Assembly: GCA_034520945.1 (NCBI GenBank)
Contig: JAXHNB010000006.1
Span: forward strand, 256,001-320,000
DNA length: 64,000 nt
Source of the DNA: Trueperaceae bacterium
GTDB lineage: Bacteria > Deinococcota > Deinococci > Deinococcales > Trueperaceae
Direction: 5' to 3'
Below are positions 48,333-58,282 of the stretch, in pieces. Under the pieces are notes generated by a model. The model was not told where the DNA came from and ran no database searches. It saw only the letters and a program-made list of their open reading frames with translations. Numbering within the stretch: position 1 is the stretch's first letter; every line of letters begins with the position of its first letter. The position numbers and the translations under genes were made by a program.

Positions 48333-48432
48333 GTCGCGTCGCCGTGCGTCATGCGCATCGTCGTGCATGAGCGTACCGCGCGAGCCAATTCGCGACGTCT
48401 CGAATCGGGGCTGGACGCTCGGCCCCGTTTTG
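48333..48432 (+). ncRNA. Candidate sRNA or attenuator leader upstream of mgsA
   Basis: Lies between a consensus promoter and cggggctg-N6-cggccccg-TTTT; nested stems gtcgcg/cgcgac and tcatgcgc/gtgcatga. Confidence 0.55.
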
Positions 48433-48574
48433 CCTCGATCCACCATGCGACGCCCGGACGATCATCGCGGACGGGCGTCTTGCACGTCGTCCGCCGGCTA
48501 TGCCGGAGCACGCTCGCCGCGTGACGGCGCCGCGTACGGCCCTGTCCCCTCGAAGGGGGAATCGGAGGGATTCC

Positions 48575-49078
48575 ATGAACGAACGAAAACACGTCGCCCT
48601 GGTGGCGCACGACAACCGAAAGACCGACTTGATCGAGTGGGCCACGTGGAACCACCGAACGCTCCTCGACCACGATCTCATCTGCACCGGTACCACGGGC
48701 GACCGGATCGAGCGGGCGCTGGCCGACGTGGTACGCGACGAAGGCCTGACCGCCCAGCCGGTCAACATGCGCAAGCTCAAGTCCGGCCCGCTGGGCGGCG
48801 ACCAACAGCTGGGCGCCCGCATCTCCGAGGGCGGCGTGGACGCGCTGGTGTTCTTCTGGGACCCCATGCAGCCGCACCCGCACGACGTCGACGTCAAAGC
48901 GCTGTTGCGGATCGCCGTGCTTTACAACGTACCCACCGCCTGCAACCGGTCCAGCGCGGATTTCCTGATCTCGTCGCCGCTGATGAACCAGCACTACCAA
49001 CCGATGTTCGAGAGCGACGGGGAGCGATCCGATCAAAACGGGGGAGGCGAGCTGGTCGGCGAAACCTCCGAGCCGTAA
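48575..49078 (+). CDS. mgsA: Methylglyoxal synthase
   Basis: ALVAHD, TGTTG, SGPLGGDQQLG, PHDVDVKALLR. Confidence 0.97.
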   Translation: MNERKHVALVAHDNRKTDLIEWATWNHRTLLDHDLICTGTTGDRIERALADVVRDEGLTAQPVNMRKLKSGPLGGDQQLGARISEGGVDALVFFWDPMQPHPHDVDVKALLRIAVLYNVPTACNRSSADFLISSPLMNQHYQPMFESDGERSDQNGGGELVGETSEP

Positions 49079-49113
49079 CGACGCAGACCGCGACCTTCGG
49101 GCGCGGACGGCCC

Positions 49114-50151
49114 CTACAGGGCATGGGGTTCGCCCCGGAGGCCCTCCCGCCAGAGCCGTGTCTCCTGGTCGTTCGGTTCCCACACCAACAGCGTCGCCAT
49201 CGCGCCGTAGGTGGGCAGGTGGCCGACCAACTCCACCCAATCGAACACCGAGAGGGTGAGGTTGAACGGCAGCCAGGCGATCAGGATCACCTCGCGCGGA
49301 AACACGCCGAGCACCAGGCATAGGCCGACCGTCAGCTCGATCGCGCCGGCCGTCAGCATGAAGGTCGCGTCGGGGACGCCCAAGCCCAGCGCCGCAGGCA
49401 CGTTGATGGGGTGCGTCTCCAAGAAGCCCGTGGCCAGGGGAAGGTTGGCGAGCTTCTCGGTGAACGCCAGCACGACCAGCCCAGCGCCGACCCCGATCCG
49501 GAGCGCCGGAAGGGCCCACCGGACCGCGTGCGCCGGCGGCTCCAAGCGGGGGAAGGCGACACGGTCGATCGCGAACGGCCCCCGGCCCGCGAACCAGAAG
49601 AACGCCGCGAACCCCAGGATGTGCACGGCCTCCAGCATGGGCTCCACGCCCACGGCGATCCAGCCGACCCACCAGGTGACGGCCAGGCCGAGGGCCGCCA
49701 AGCGCACCAGCCCCCCGTAGAACAGCGACAGCGCGATCCCCACCTGCGCCACGCCCAGCACGTACGGCCACGCCCCGGACAGCTCGGCGTTGGGCACGAA
49801 CAAGGTGCCTTGCATGCCGCTCACCAGCAACGGGACGGCCAGGTGCGCCCCCACCACGGCCGGCAGGAGCGCGTACAGGGCACGACGGCGCGCCACGTCG
49901 GCCCCGAACGAAGCGGGGCCGGGCAGCACGCTGCGGTTGCCGCGACGGTGCCACGCCCACGTCGCCGCGGCGGTCACGACGAGCGCGGCGAGGACGTAGT
50001 ACAGATTCGGGGGTGTCAAGGCCGAGGCGAGCGACGTGGCGTACGGCTCGCCATCGAAGAACCACTTTTCGTGCGCCAGGGCGGTGCCGGTCCCCGTGGC
50101 AACGGCGGTCGCCTTCAGCAGCAGCGCCCCGGGCTTCGCGGACCTTTCCAT
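49114..50151 (-). CDS. DoxX-family membrane protein
   Basis: AHEKWF after signal; LRIGVG..LAFTEKL, ELVGHLP. Confidence 0.75.
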   Translation of the reverse strand: MERSAKPGALLLKATAVATGTGTALAHEKWFFDGEPYATSLASALTPPNLYYVLAALVVTAAATWAWHRRGNRSVLPGPASFGADVARRRALYALLPAVVGAHLAVPLLVSGMQGTLFVPNAELSGAWPYVLGVAQVGIALSLFYGGLVRLAALGLAVTWWVGWIAVGVEPMLEAVHILGFAAFFWFAGRGPFAIDRVAFPRLEPPAHAVRWALPALRIGVGAGLVVLAFTEKLANLPLATGFLETHPINVPAALGLGVPDATFMLTAGAIELTVGLCLVLGVFPREVILIAWLPFNLTLSVFDWVELVGHLPTYGAMATLLVWEPNDQETRLWREGLRGEPHAL

Positions 50152-50349
50152 GCTACGGGCGTTGGCCCTCGAGCAGCGACGTGTAGCGCTCCGTTCCTCG
50201 GGCGTGGCGTCCACCGGAGCTACGGAAAGAGATGCTCGTCCTGATGAGGCTCGCGCTCCGGGCCAATGGCATGGCGTTTCATCCTTTCGTTGAAGCCTCA
50301 ATGCGGCTTCGCTCGGCATCCACGTTAGCAAGCGCTTGGTTTTCGGAGC

Positions 50350-50430
50350 GAGGTGACGTACAACCAGCACCTGCGCTCCTCCGCCCTGGGCCTGCTGACG
50401 CCAGTGGCGTGGGAAACCCAGTACGCTGGC
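50350..50430 (+). mobile_element. IS3-family transposase C-terminal relic
   Basis: EVTYNQHLRSSALGLLTPVAWETQY resembles the YN..R.HS.LG..TP..FE motif. Confidence 0.55.
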
Positions 50431-50567
50431 GGGAGGGTGCCATGGCCGTCGACAATGCGCGCTCGAATCACTGACGCCACCATTTTCTGATTCAGCGGCG
50501 AGGGTTCCGTGACGCTTCCATGACCTAGCGATGGCGTTGCCCTGACACGCCCTTCGTACCATTTTTT

Positions 50568-50581
50568 TGGAACCGGGTCCA
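50568..50581. promoter_or_regulatory. LacI-family-like operator
   Basis: TGGAACCGGGTCCA, a palindrome with one mismatch and central CG. Confidence 0.45.
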
Positions 50582-50646
50582 CCACACTCCGATTCCCCGG
50601 TTCAAGGTCCGGGTGCGTACGCGCCTCGGTTCCGGGAGGGAAGCAT

Positions 50647-51723
50647 ATGATGAAGAAACCCCTTTGGGTCGCCGTTTCGTTCTTGCTCTTCGCGGGCGTG
50701 GTGTGGGCGCAAACCAGCGACGTCCTCGGCGAGGACCCCACACTGTCGCTCACGCCGGCCACGCACTCCCACAACGACTACTACCAGCCGCGGCCCTTGC
50801 TCGATGCGCTCGACGCCGGGATGGCCAGCATCGAGGCCGACATCTTCTACGTCGAGATTCCCTTCGTCGATGCGGAGGAAGAGTCTCGGGCGATGCGCCA
50901 GCTGTGGATCGCGCACGACTGGGAGGAAATCGAAGGCAACGTGCTCGAGTTTCAGCGCACCAAGGGCACGCTTCGGGAGTTGTACCTGGAGCCGCTGTGG
51001 GAGATCTACCAGCGCACGGGCACCATCTACCCGGACGGGACGCTGCTGCTACACGCCGACATGAAGACCGCGACCGAGCGGACGTGGCGGGTGCTGGAGA
51101 ACACGCTCCGAAACTACCCAGGTCTGTTCACACGCTACGAGCTCGAGACGCAGACGGTGATTCCGGGGCCCGTCACCGTGTACACCAACGACGAGCCGGA
51201 CGCGTCGTTCCTGTCCGACTACGACGTGATCCACTCCACCGCGGACGGGCGCTTCGGCGACATCTACGACCCCAGCGCGTGGGCGTCCGACGCCTACCAG
51301 GACCGCGCCTGGCGCATGCCGATCATCAGCAGCAACCTCCAGTCGTACAACGACATCACGCAGATGTTCGAGTTCCTCGTCCCGGAGGAGGACATCGTCG
51401 AGGCGTACGCCGACGCATACCCCGACCTCACCGCCGAGAACCTCGCCGAAGAGCTGAACCGGGACAACTGGGCGTTGGCGACCGACCTCCTGCACGACGG
51501 CAGCATCCGCGTCACCGACTACCTGCGCGAGCGGATGGTGGAGGCGAACCGCTTGGGGCAGACGTACGGCCATCTCATGCGCTTCTGGGCGCCGCCGGAC
51601 GCGAAGTGGTTCTGGGACATCGTCGCGCCGCTGCCCCACGTGGTGCTGCTGACCGACCATCCCGGCGAGGTGAAGATCTACCTGGAGAATCAAGCGCTGC
51701 TGGATGAGATCTCGGCGCGCTGA
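50647..51723 (+). CDS. Secreted PLC-like/GDPD-superfamily phosphodiesterase (AIM6-like)
   Basis: Signal; HSHNDY..PRPL.DAL, SIEADI, AHD, LYLEPL, DMK, RFW, TD. Confidence 0.8.
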   Translation: MMKKPLWVAVSFLLFAGVVWAQTSDVLGEDPTLSLTPATHSHNDYYQPRPLLDALDAGMASIEADIFYVEIPFVDAEEESRAMRQLWIAHDWEEIEGNVLEFQRTKGTLRELYLEPLWEIYQRTGTIYPDGTLLLHADMKTATERTWRVLENTLRNYPGLFTRYELETQTVIPGPVTVYTNDEPDASFLSDYDVIHSTADGRFGDIYDPSAWASDAYQDRAWRMPIISSNLQSYNDITQMFEFLVPEEDIVEAYADAYPDLTAENLAEELNRDNWALATDLLHDGSIRVTDYLRERMVEANRLGQTYGHLMRFWAPPDAKWFWDIVAPLPHVVLLTDHPGEVKIYLENQALLDEISAR

Positions 51724-51768
51724 GATCCCCGAGCTTCTTCTGCGGGTGGCGTAGCCACAAGCAAACGA

Positions 51769-51797
51769 CGACCGCGGTCCGACATGGACCGCGGTCG
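51769..51797. terminator. Hairpin between convergent genes
   Basis: cgaccgcggtcc-gacat-ggaccgcggtcg. Confidence 0.65.
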
Positions 51798-51875
51798 ATC
51801 GTGTCTGCAGGGCGAGGCAGACACCTCGTCCCTTCGCGCGACGGTCGTGCAGCGCCGCTCAGCGCTGGATGACCG

Positions 51876-52316
51876 TTACTTCAATTGCCCGCGGATCTCG
51901 CCGGCCGCGTTCAGGTCGGTATGCACGTTGACGTAGAACAACCCGTCACGAAGCTGTTGCACTTCGTCTTCGGTGATGTCGTCCCAGGTGCCGGACAGTT
52001 CGCCGCTGGCCGCCGCATCCACGTTCAGCGGGAAGACCACGCCTTCGGTTTCGCCCTCCTCGGCGGGTCCGTGGATGTGCGCGCCGGTGGCGGGGCCGGT
52101 CAGGCCGGAAAAGTCGCCGCTGATGGTGAGGGTGTCCTCCGCTTCGTTCAACGTGGCCGTCGCGCTGCCCGAAGGGGTGGCGCCGTCCAGGTCGGGCGCA
52201 GGCACCTCCGCGTCCGTCGTCAGATCGGCCGAGAAGTCCAGCTGCACCGCCGCGGAGCATGCCGCGAGGCCCAGCACCAGTCCGATGGAGGCGAGGAGTA
52301 CCTTGAATCTGCTCAT
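51876..52316 (-). CDS. CHRD-domain lipoprotein
   Basis: LAAC; AHIHGP, YVNVHT, GEIRGQL. Confidence 0.93.
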   Translation of the reverse strand: MSRFKVLLASIGLVLGLAACSAAVQLDFSADLTTDAEVPAPDLDGATPSGSATATLNEAEDTLTISGDFSGLTGPATGAHIHGPAEEGETEGVVFPLNVDAAASGELSGTWDDITEDEVQQLRDGLFYVNVHTDLNAAGEIRGQLK

Positions 52317-52483
52317 GTGAATCACTCCCTTCCGAGGGGCGAGAGTGAGAATCCGAGCGACGCGACCGAGCACGTCCCGTAGCGTCACCGACTCACCCGA
52401 GCGCCAGTGTAGGGCCCACGAAGATGAGGATTCGTAAGGCCGAGGGTGGACGGGCTTGCACCTCCCGTGATAACGCCCGCGCG

Positions 52484-54697
52484 TCACCGCAACAAGCGCC
52501 CCAAGGCGTCGCCCAAGTGGGATCGTTCGGTCGGCCTGCGGCCGTGCACCATCAATACGGTGCAGGGCAGGTGCCGCGCCACGCGCGACGCGAAGGACCC
52601 CAGGAGCGTGCGGCGTAGGCTCCAGTGGGCGCGCGTTCCCACCACCGCGACGTCGACGTCCTGCGCTACGCGCGCCAGGCTGCGCCACGGTGGACCATCC
52701 CGGACGATCTGCGTGGCGACCGGCGACGCGAACTGTGCGCACAGCGCCTCCTGATAGCGGCGCGTCGCCGTGAGCCGGGTGCCGCCCACGCGCCGCCCGA
52801 GGGTTCGCAGCACGCGCACGCGGCCGTCGTGGCGGCGGGCCAGCCGGTCGGCCGTCGCGGCCACCAGCGGCGGCAGGGGGGTGCGGCTGCCGATGGCGAG
52901 CACCTGCTGGGCCTTGTCGTACCCGCGGTTCTCGACGAACACGCCGTCGCACGGCAGGTGCCGCATGAGCCAGGACGCCTCGTCGTCGAAGAGGCGGAAG
53001 CGCCGCACCACGGGTGCGCGCTCGGCCAGGACCAGGTCGGCGCCGACGGTACGAACGTGGTTGACGAGGGCGCGTTTGGCGTCGTGGCTGAGCAGTTCCT
53101 CCTGCTCGATCTGGACGTCCGTGCCCTCCGCTGCGGTGGCGAGGGCGCCGATCCACTCGTGCTCGCGCCGCCTCCCCATTTCGGTGCCGGTGCCGATGCC
53201 GGCCTGCTCCGGCACCTCCACCAGGCGTAGCACCTGCACCCGGCCCGTCCCGGGCGTGGACAGATCGGACGCGATGCGCAGCAGTGCGCCCAGGCGCTCC
53301 GTCGGGAGGTCGGGATCGACGGGCACCACGATCGACGTGGGTCGCGCGGCGTCCATGGCCTCCTGCACGTCGGCGAGGTTGCGGTCGTCGGCGCGCCTGC
53401 GGAGCGCGTCCAGGGCGGCTCCCTCCCGGCGCGTGCGGGGCCGCCCGTACGCCAGGTACCACGCGATCCCGCCGAGCGTGATGCCGGCCGCGCCGAGCAG
53501 GGCCGTCACGCCCATGAACGGAATCAACACTACCGTCGCGGCGATCCCGAAGAGCTGCACCCAGGGGTAGGCCGGGGACCGGAAGGTGGGGCGGTAGTGC
53601 GCGGGGTCGCCTTCGCGGAACACGATGACCGCAAGGTTCACGATCGCGAACACCAGCAGTTGGAACGCGCTGGCGAGCTTGGCCAGTTCGAGCACCGGTA
53701 CGAACACGATCAGCGCCAGCATGGTCGCGCCGGTCACGATGATCGCGGCGACCGGCGTGCGGAAGCGGCGATGGATGACGCTCACCACGTCTGGAAGCAG
53801 CCGGTCCCGGCTCATGGCGAACGGGTAGCGCGAGGCCGAGAGGATGCCGGCGTTCGCCATGCTGGTCAACGCCAGCACGGCGGTCACCGCGATGACGGTG
53901 GCGCCGATCGGTCCCAGGAACTGCTCCGCGGCGACCGCCATCGGGGTGGTGCTGCCCAACTGACCGGGTTCGGTGACGCCGACGATGACGAACACGATCG
54001 CGGTGTACACCAGCATCATCACGCCGATCGAGGTGAGGATGCCCAAGGGGATGGTGCGGCCCGGATCGTCGACCTCCTCGGCGATGCTGGCGATCTTGGT
54101 GACGCCGGCGTAGGACACGAACACGAAGCCGGTCGTGGCCAGGAGGCCTTCGAAGCCGGCGGGAAAGAACGGTTGGTAGTTGGCGCTCTCGACCGCGATG
54201 GCGCCGCGGGCCACGAAGGCCACCAGCACGGCCAGGACGGTGGTGACGATGGCGGCCTGCAGCTGGCCGACCTTGCGGACGCCCATCACGTTCAGACCGA
54301 TCAGCGCCACGCCCAATGCCAGGGCGATCGCTTCGACCGGGACGTCACCGAGGAACAGGACCAGGTACGCGCCCAGGCCCACGAGGGCGAAGGCGCTCTT
54401 GAACACCAGCGAGAACCAGGCGCCCACGCCCGCGACGGTGCCCATCATCGGCCCCAGGGCGCGATCGATGAACAGGTAGGTGCCGCCCGCCTCAGGCATG
54501 GCGGTGGCCATCTCCGCCTTGCTGAGGGCCGAGGGAAGCACCACCACGCCTGCCAACAGGTACGCGAGGATCACGGCCGGCCCGGCGATCGATTCCGCCA
54601 GCCCGGGCAGCACGAAGATGCCGCTGCCGATCATGGCGCCGATGCTGATGGTGAACACCGCGTAGAACCCGAGGTCGCGGCCGAGGTAGTCGCGCAT
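52484..54697 (-). CDS. APC amino-acid permease fused to USP-like domains
   Basis: GAMIGSGIF, GGTY, AEEV, SRYPFAMSRD; C-terminal LLGSFASRVARHLPCTVL. Confidence 0.9.
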   Translation of the reverse strand: MRDYLGRDLGFYAVFTISIGAMIGSGIFVLPGLAESIAGPAVILAYLLAGVVVLPSALSKAEMATAMPEAGGTYLFIDRALGPMMGTVAGVGAWFSLVFKSAFALVGLGAYLVLFLGDVPVEAIALALGVALIGLNVMGVRKVGQLQAAIVTTVLAVLVAFVARGAIAVESANYQPFFPAGFEGLLATTGFVFVSYAGVTKIASIAEEVDDPGRTIPLGILTSIGVMMLVYTAIVFVIVGVTEPGQLGSTTPMAVAAEQFLGPIGATVIAVTAVLALTSMANAGILSASRYPFAMSRDRLLPDVVSVIHRRFRTPVAAIIVTGATMLALIVFVPVLELAKLASAFQLLVFAIVNLAVIVFREGDPAHYRPTFRSPAYPWVQLFGIAATVVLIPFMGVTALLGAAGITLGGIAWYLAYGRPRTRREGAALDALRRRADDRNLADVQEAMDAARPTSIVVPVDPDLPTERLGALLRIASDLSTPGTGRVQVLRLVEVPEQAGIGTGTEMGRRREHEWIGALATAAEGTDVQIEQEELLSHDAKRALVNHVRTVGADLVLAERAPVVRRFRLFDDEASWLMRHLPCDGVFVENRGYDKAQQVLAIGSRTPLPPLVAATADRLARRHDGRVRVLRTLGRRVGGTRLTATRRYQEALCAQFASPVATQIVRDGPPWRSLARVAQDVDVAVVGTRAHWSLRRTLLGSFASRVARHLPCTVLMVHGRRPTERSHLGDALGRLLR

Positions 54698-54778
54698 CGC
54701 CCGCCTACCATAGGCAAACTTGCGCGTGCCGCATGTCGTCGCGGTGCGTGTTCGCGTTCGAACGTGCGGCGGCCGGCT

Positions 54779-56122
54779 CTAGAGGACGCCCAGGGAACGC
54801 AGGAGCACCAGCACCACCAGCAGGGGGGTCAGGTAGCGGAGGGTGAACAACCAGAGGGCGCCCAGGCGCTTCCCTGTGAAGCCGGCCTCCTGAAGCGCGA
54901 CGCTCCGTTGCCAGCCCCACCCGATGAACAGCGCGAAGAGGAGCCCCCCGAGGGGCAGCACCACCTGCGAGGCGGCGAGGTCCAGCCCGTCCAGGATCGG
55001 CCGGCCGAACAGCGACACGTGGTCCAGTCGGCCGTAGCCCAGCGACGAGAAGATGCCCAACACGAAGATGAGCGCGCCGAATGCCAGGCCTGCCCTGCGC
55101 CGCGTCCAGCGGAGGCGCCGCATGGCGTACGCGACGACCACCTCGAGGAGCGACACGGCGGAGGACAGCGCTGCGGCCGCCAGCAACACGAAGAACGCCA
55201 CACCGACCACGGTGCCGCCCGGCATCGCCTCGAAGATGCCCGGCAGGACGATGAACACCAGCGTCGCCCCCGTCGCGGGGTCGATCGCGAAGGCGAACAC
55301 GGCGGGGAAGATCACCAGCCCCGCCACCAGCGCGACCAGGAAGTCGAGGGTCACGATGCGCACCGCGGCGCCGGGCAGGGCGGTCGAGCGGGGCAGGTAG
55401 CTGCCGTAGGTGAGCAGGGCGCCCATGCCTAGACTCAACGAGAAGAACGCCTGACCCACCGCGGCCAGATAGGCCTCACCCTGGGCGAACACCGTCCAGT
55501 CCGGCGCGAACAGGAACCGCAGCCCGCCGCCGGCCCCGGGCAGCGACAGGCTGTAGGCCGCCATCGCCACCAGGAGCAGGGCGAGGAGCGGCATCAGGAT
55601 GCGGTTGGCCCACTCGATCCCGCGCCGCACGCCCATCACCACGATGAGCGTGGTGACGGCCATGAACGCGAACGACCAGGCCAGCGGGGCGAAGGTCTCC
55701 GCGATGAACGCCGAGAAGAAGGCGTCATGACTGCCCACCGTCGCGCTCGTGACCCCACCGCTGAGGTAGCCCGCCAGGTAGCGCACGACCCACCCGCCGA
55801 TGACGGCGTAGTACGACAGGATCACCAGCGCGGCTCCGACCGACAGGTACCCGGCGATCACCCACGGTCGTCCCGGCGCCAGCGTTTCGAAGGCACCGAC
55901 GGCGTCCGACTGCGCCCGGCGTCCGATCACCAGCTCCGCGATCATCACCGGCAGGCCCATCACGACGAGGACCAGGACGTACATCAGCAGAAACGCTGCG
56001 CCCCCGTGCTCCCCCACGACGTACGAGAAGCGCCAGATGTTGCCGAGCCCGACCGCGGAGCCGACGGCGGCCAGGGTGAAGCCGAGCCGGGACCCCCACT
56101 GTTCCCGAGGCGGCACGGTCAT
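54779..56122 (-). CDS. Sodium-dependent transporter (NSS/SNF)
   Basis: REQWGSRLGF, AVGLGNIWRF, QAFFSLS.GMG. Confidence 0.95.
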   Translation of the reverse strand: MTVPPREQWGSRLGFTLAAVGSAVGLGNIWRFSYVVGEHGGAAFLLMYVLVLVVMGLPVMIAELVIGRRAQSDAVGAFETLAPGRPWVIAGYLSVGAALVILSYYAVIGGWVVRYLAGYLSGGVTSATVGSHDAFFSAFIAETFAPLAWSFAFMAVTTLIVVMGVRRGIEWANRILMPLLALLLVAMAAYSLSLPGAGGGLRFLFAPDWTVFAQGEAYLAAVGQAFFSLSLGMGALLTYGSYLPRSTALPGAAVRIVTLDFLVALVAGLVIFPAVFAFAIDPATGATLVFIVLPGIFEAMPGGTVVGVAFFVLLAAAALSSAVSLLEVVVAYAMRRLRWTRRRAGLAFGALIFVLGIFSSLGYGRLDHVSLFGRPILDGLDLAASQVVLPLGGLLFALFIGWGWQRSVALQEAGFTGKRLGALWLFTLRYLTPLLVVLVLLRSLGVL

Positions 56123-56398
56123 GTCGTCGGTCCGGTGGGCGGGAGCATGGCGGGTCCTCGGCGCCTCATGCCTGCGTACCTCCATCCAGGGCCGGCTCGC
56201 GCGCGGCGATCAACGGCGTGGGGCGACGCGCGCCCCGATGCGCCCAGCATCCCCGGTACGCATAGCCGTGACCAGCGGTGGGTCGGGGACGGGAGGGTAG
56301 GAGTTTCGCGGACGTCGCCGATGCGGCCCCTCCTTCGAAGGCCGGGCCGGGCCGAGGGGTAGGCTGACCCGCATGGCACCGAACCGCGAGGCCCACGC

Positions 56399-58210
56399 GT
56401 GAGGAGGCGTCGCGGATGGTACCTCGTGCCCGCACTGATGGTCATGGCGGCCCTGATGCGGCTCACGTTCTCGGGCCCGTCCGGGGCGGCGCCCGGCTCG
56501 TGCGGCGATGCTGCCACGCCCATGCACGCGGTGCAGGGTGCCTCCGAGGTCAGTCCCATGGAGGGGCGCTCGGTCGTGGTGGAGGGCGGTTTGATCGGCG
56601 ACTTCCAAGCGGCGGAGGAACTGCAGGGCTTCTTCGTGCAGGAGGCGGACGCCGACCGGGACGACGATCCGGCCACCTCCGAAGCCCTGTTCGTGTTCGA
56701 GGGCGAGGAGGTCACGCGCGAGGTCGCGGAGGGGGACCGCGTCCGCGTCGCCGGCACCGTCAAGGAATACGGCGGCATGACCGAGCTGACCGACGTCACG
56801 GGCGTCACCATATGCGGGGAGGCCGGCCAGGTCACGCCGGTGGCGCTGCGGCTGCCGCTCGGCGAGGCGGCGTTGGAACGGGTCGAGAACATGCGGGTGA
56901 CGTTCCCGCAGGCCTTGACGATCAGCGGGTACGCCGACTTCGACCGGTTCGGCGAGATCACGTTGTCGCACCCGGCCGGCGGGCGGCCGCGAATGATCAC
57001 GCCGACGGCGCACCTGGATCCCGGTGATCCCGAGGCGGCCCGCCAGGTGCGCACCGCGGCATCGCGGCGCATCACGCTGGACGACGGTCGTTACGTGCAG
57101 AATCCGGATCCGCTTCGCCACCCGGACGGCCAGGCATTCACACAGGACCACAGGTTCCGGGGCGGCGACCTCGTCACCGACGCGGAAGGAATGTTGACGT
57201 ACGCCTTCGGCGCCTACCGGCTGCACCCCACCCGCGCCGCGACGTACACCGGTACGAACCCGCGCCCGACCGTGCCCGAGGAGGTCGGCGGGGCGTTGCG
57301 CGTCGCAGCCGTCAACGCCCACAACTACTTCACCACCCTGGGGCGTCGCGGCGCGCAGGATGCGGACGCGCTCGCGCGGCAGCGCGCCAAGCTGGTGGCG
57401 ATGCTGGCCAGCCTGGACGCCGACGTGCTGGCGCTCGTCGAAGTCGAGAACGGCGACGGCGCCGCAATCGACCTGATCTCGGCCCTCGAGGACGAGGGCG
57501 GCGGGGGGTCGTACGACGTGGTGCGAACCGGCGTGCTGGGGTCGGACGAGATCGAGGTGGCGCTGGCCTACCGGCCCGCCGCCGTCACGCCCGTCGGGCC
57601 TCACGCCGTGCTGGACGCGCCCGCGTTCCTCGACCCCAACGACGTCGGGATGGACCTGAACCGCCCGGTCCTGGCGCAGACCTTCGAGGACGCCCGTGGC
57701 GGCGTGTTCACGGTCGCGGCCGTCCACCTGAAGAGCAAGGGCTCGGCGTGCGGCGCGGGGGACGACGATCCGCTGCAGGGGAACTGCAACCGTACCCGCG
57801 CCCTGGCGGCGCGGCACCTGAGCGCGTGGCTTGCGGGTGACCCGACCGGCAGCGGTGACCCGGACGCCTTGATCCTGGGCGACCTGAACGCGTACGACCA
57901 GGAGGACCCCATCCGGGCGCTGGAAGCGGGCGGGTACACCGACCTGCTGGACCGCCATGAAGGTGCATTCGCGTACACGTACGGTTTCGACGCGCAGTTC
58001 GGCCATCTGGACTACGCGCTGGCCAACGCATCCCTCGCGCCGCAGGTCACGGGCGCCACCGCCTGGCACGTAAACGCCGACGAGCCCGACGTGCTCGACG
58101 ATCGTGCCGACCACGCCGGGCCGGCCCAGCGGGCGCTGTACCGGCCGGATGCCTTCCGCGCCTCGGACCACGATCCCGTGCTCATCGGACTCGAACTCGA
58201 CACCCCTTGA
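56399..58210 (+). CDS. ExeM/NucH-family extracellular endonuclease
   Basis: SPMEG, GFFVQ, NAHNYF, HLKSKG, GDLNAY, LDY, NADEP, SDHDPV. Confidence 0.93.
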   Translation: MRRRRGWYLVPALMVMAALMRLTFSGPSGAAPGSCGDAATPMHAVQGASEVSPMEGRSVVVEGGLIGDFQAAEELQGFFVQEADADRDDDPATSEALFVFEGEEVTREVAEGDRVRVAGTVKEYGGMTELTDVTGVTICGEAGQVTPVALRLPLGEAALERVENMRVTFPQALTISGYADFDRFGEITLSHPAGGRPRMITPTAHLDPGDPEAARQVRTAASRRITLDDGRYVQNPDPLRHPDGQAFTQDHRFRGGDLVTDAEGMLTYAFGAYRLHPTRAATYTGTNPRPTVPEEVGGALRVAAVNAHNYFTTLGRRGAQDADALARQRAKLVAMLASLDADVLALVEVENGDGAAIDLISALEDEGGGGSYDVVRTGVLGSDEIEVALAYRPAAVTPVGPHAVLDAPAFLDPNDVGMDLNRPVLAQTFEDARGGVFTVAAVHLKSKGSACGAGDDDPLQGNCNRTRALAARHLSAWLAGDPTGSGDPDALILGDLNAYDQEDPIRALEAGGYTDLLDRHEGAFAYTYGFDAQFGHLDYALANASLAPQVTGATAWHVNADEPDVLDDRADHAGPAQRALYRPDAFRASDHDPVLIGLELDTP

Positions 58211-58282
58211 CCTTCGAGGCGGCTTCGGCCCCTATCCTGCATCCGAGGTGCCCCCCGGTTGGGGGCGGAAGGGAGCGACGAC

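Noticed and set aside
48333..48432. Y RNA/YrlA or tRNA-like identity (TCGAATC) near rtcB
   Set aside because: No T-stem pairing or Ro-binding bulged stem; no rsr gene in the window.
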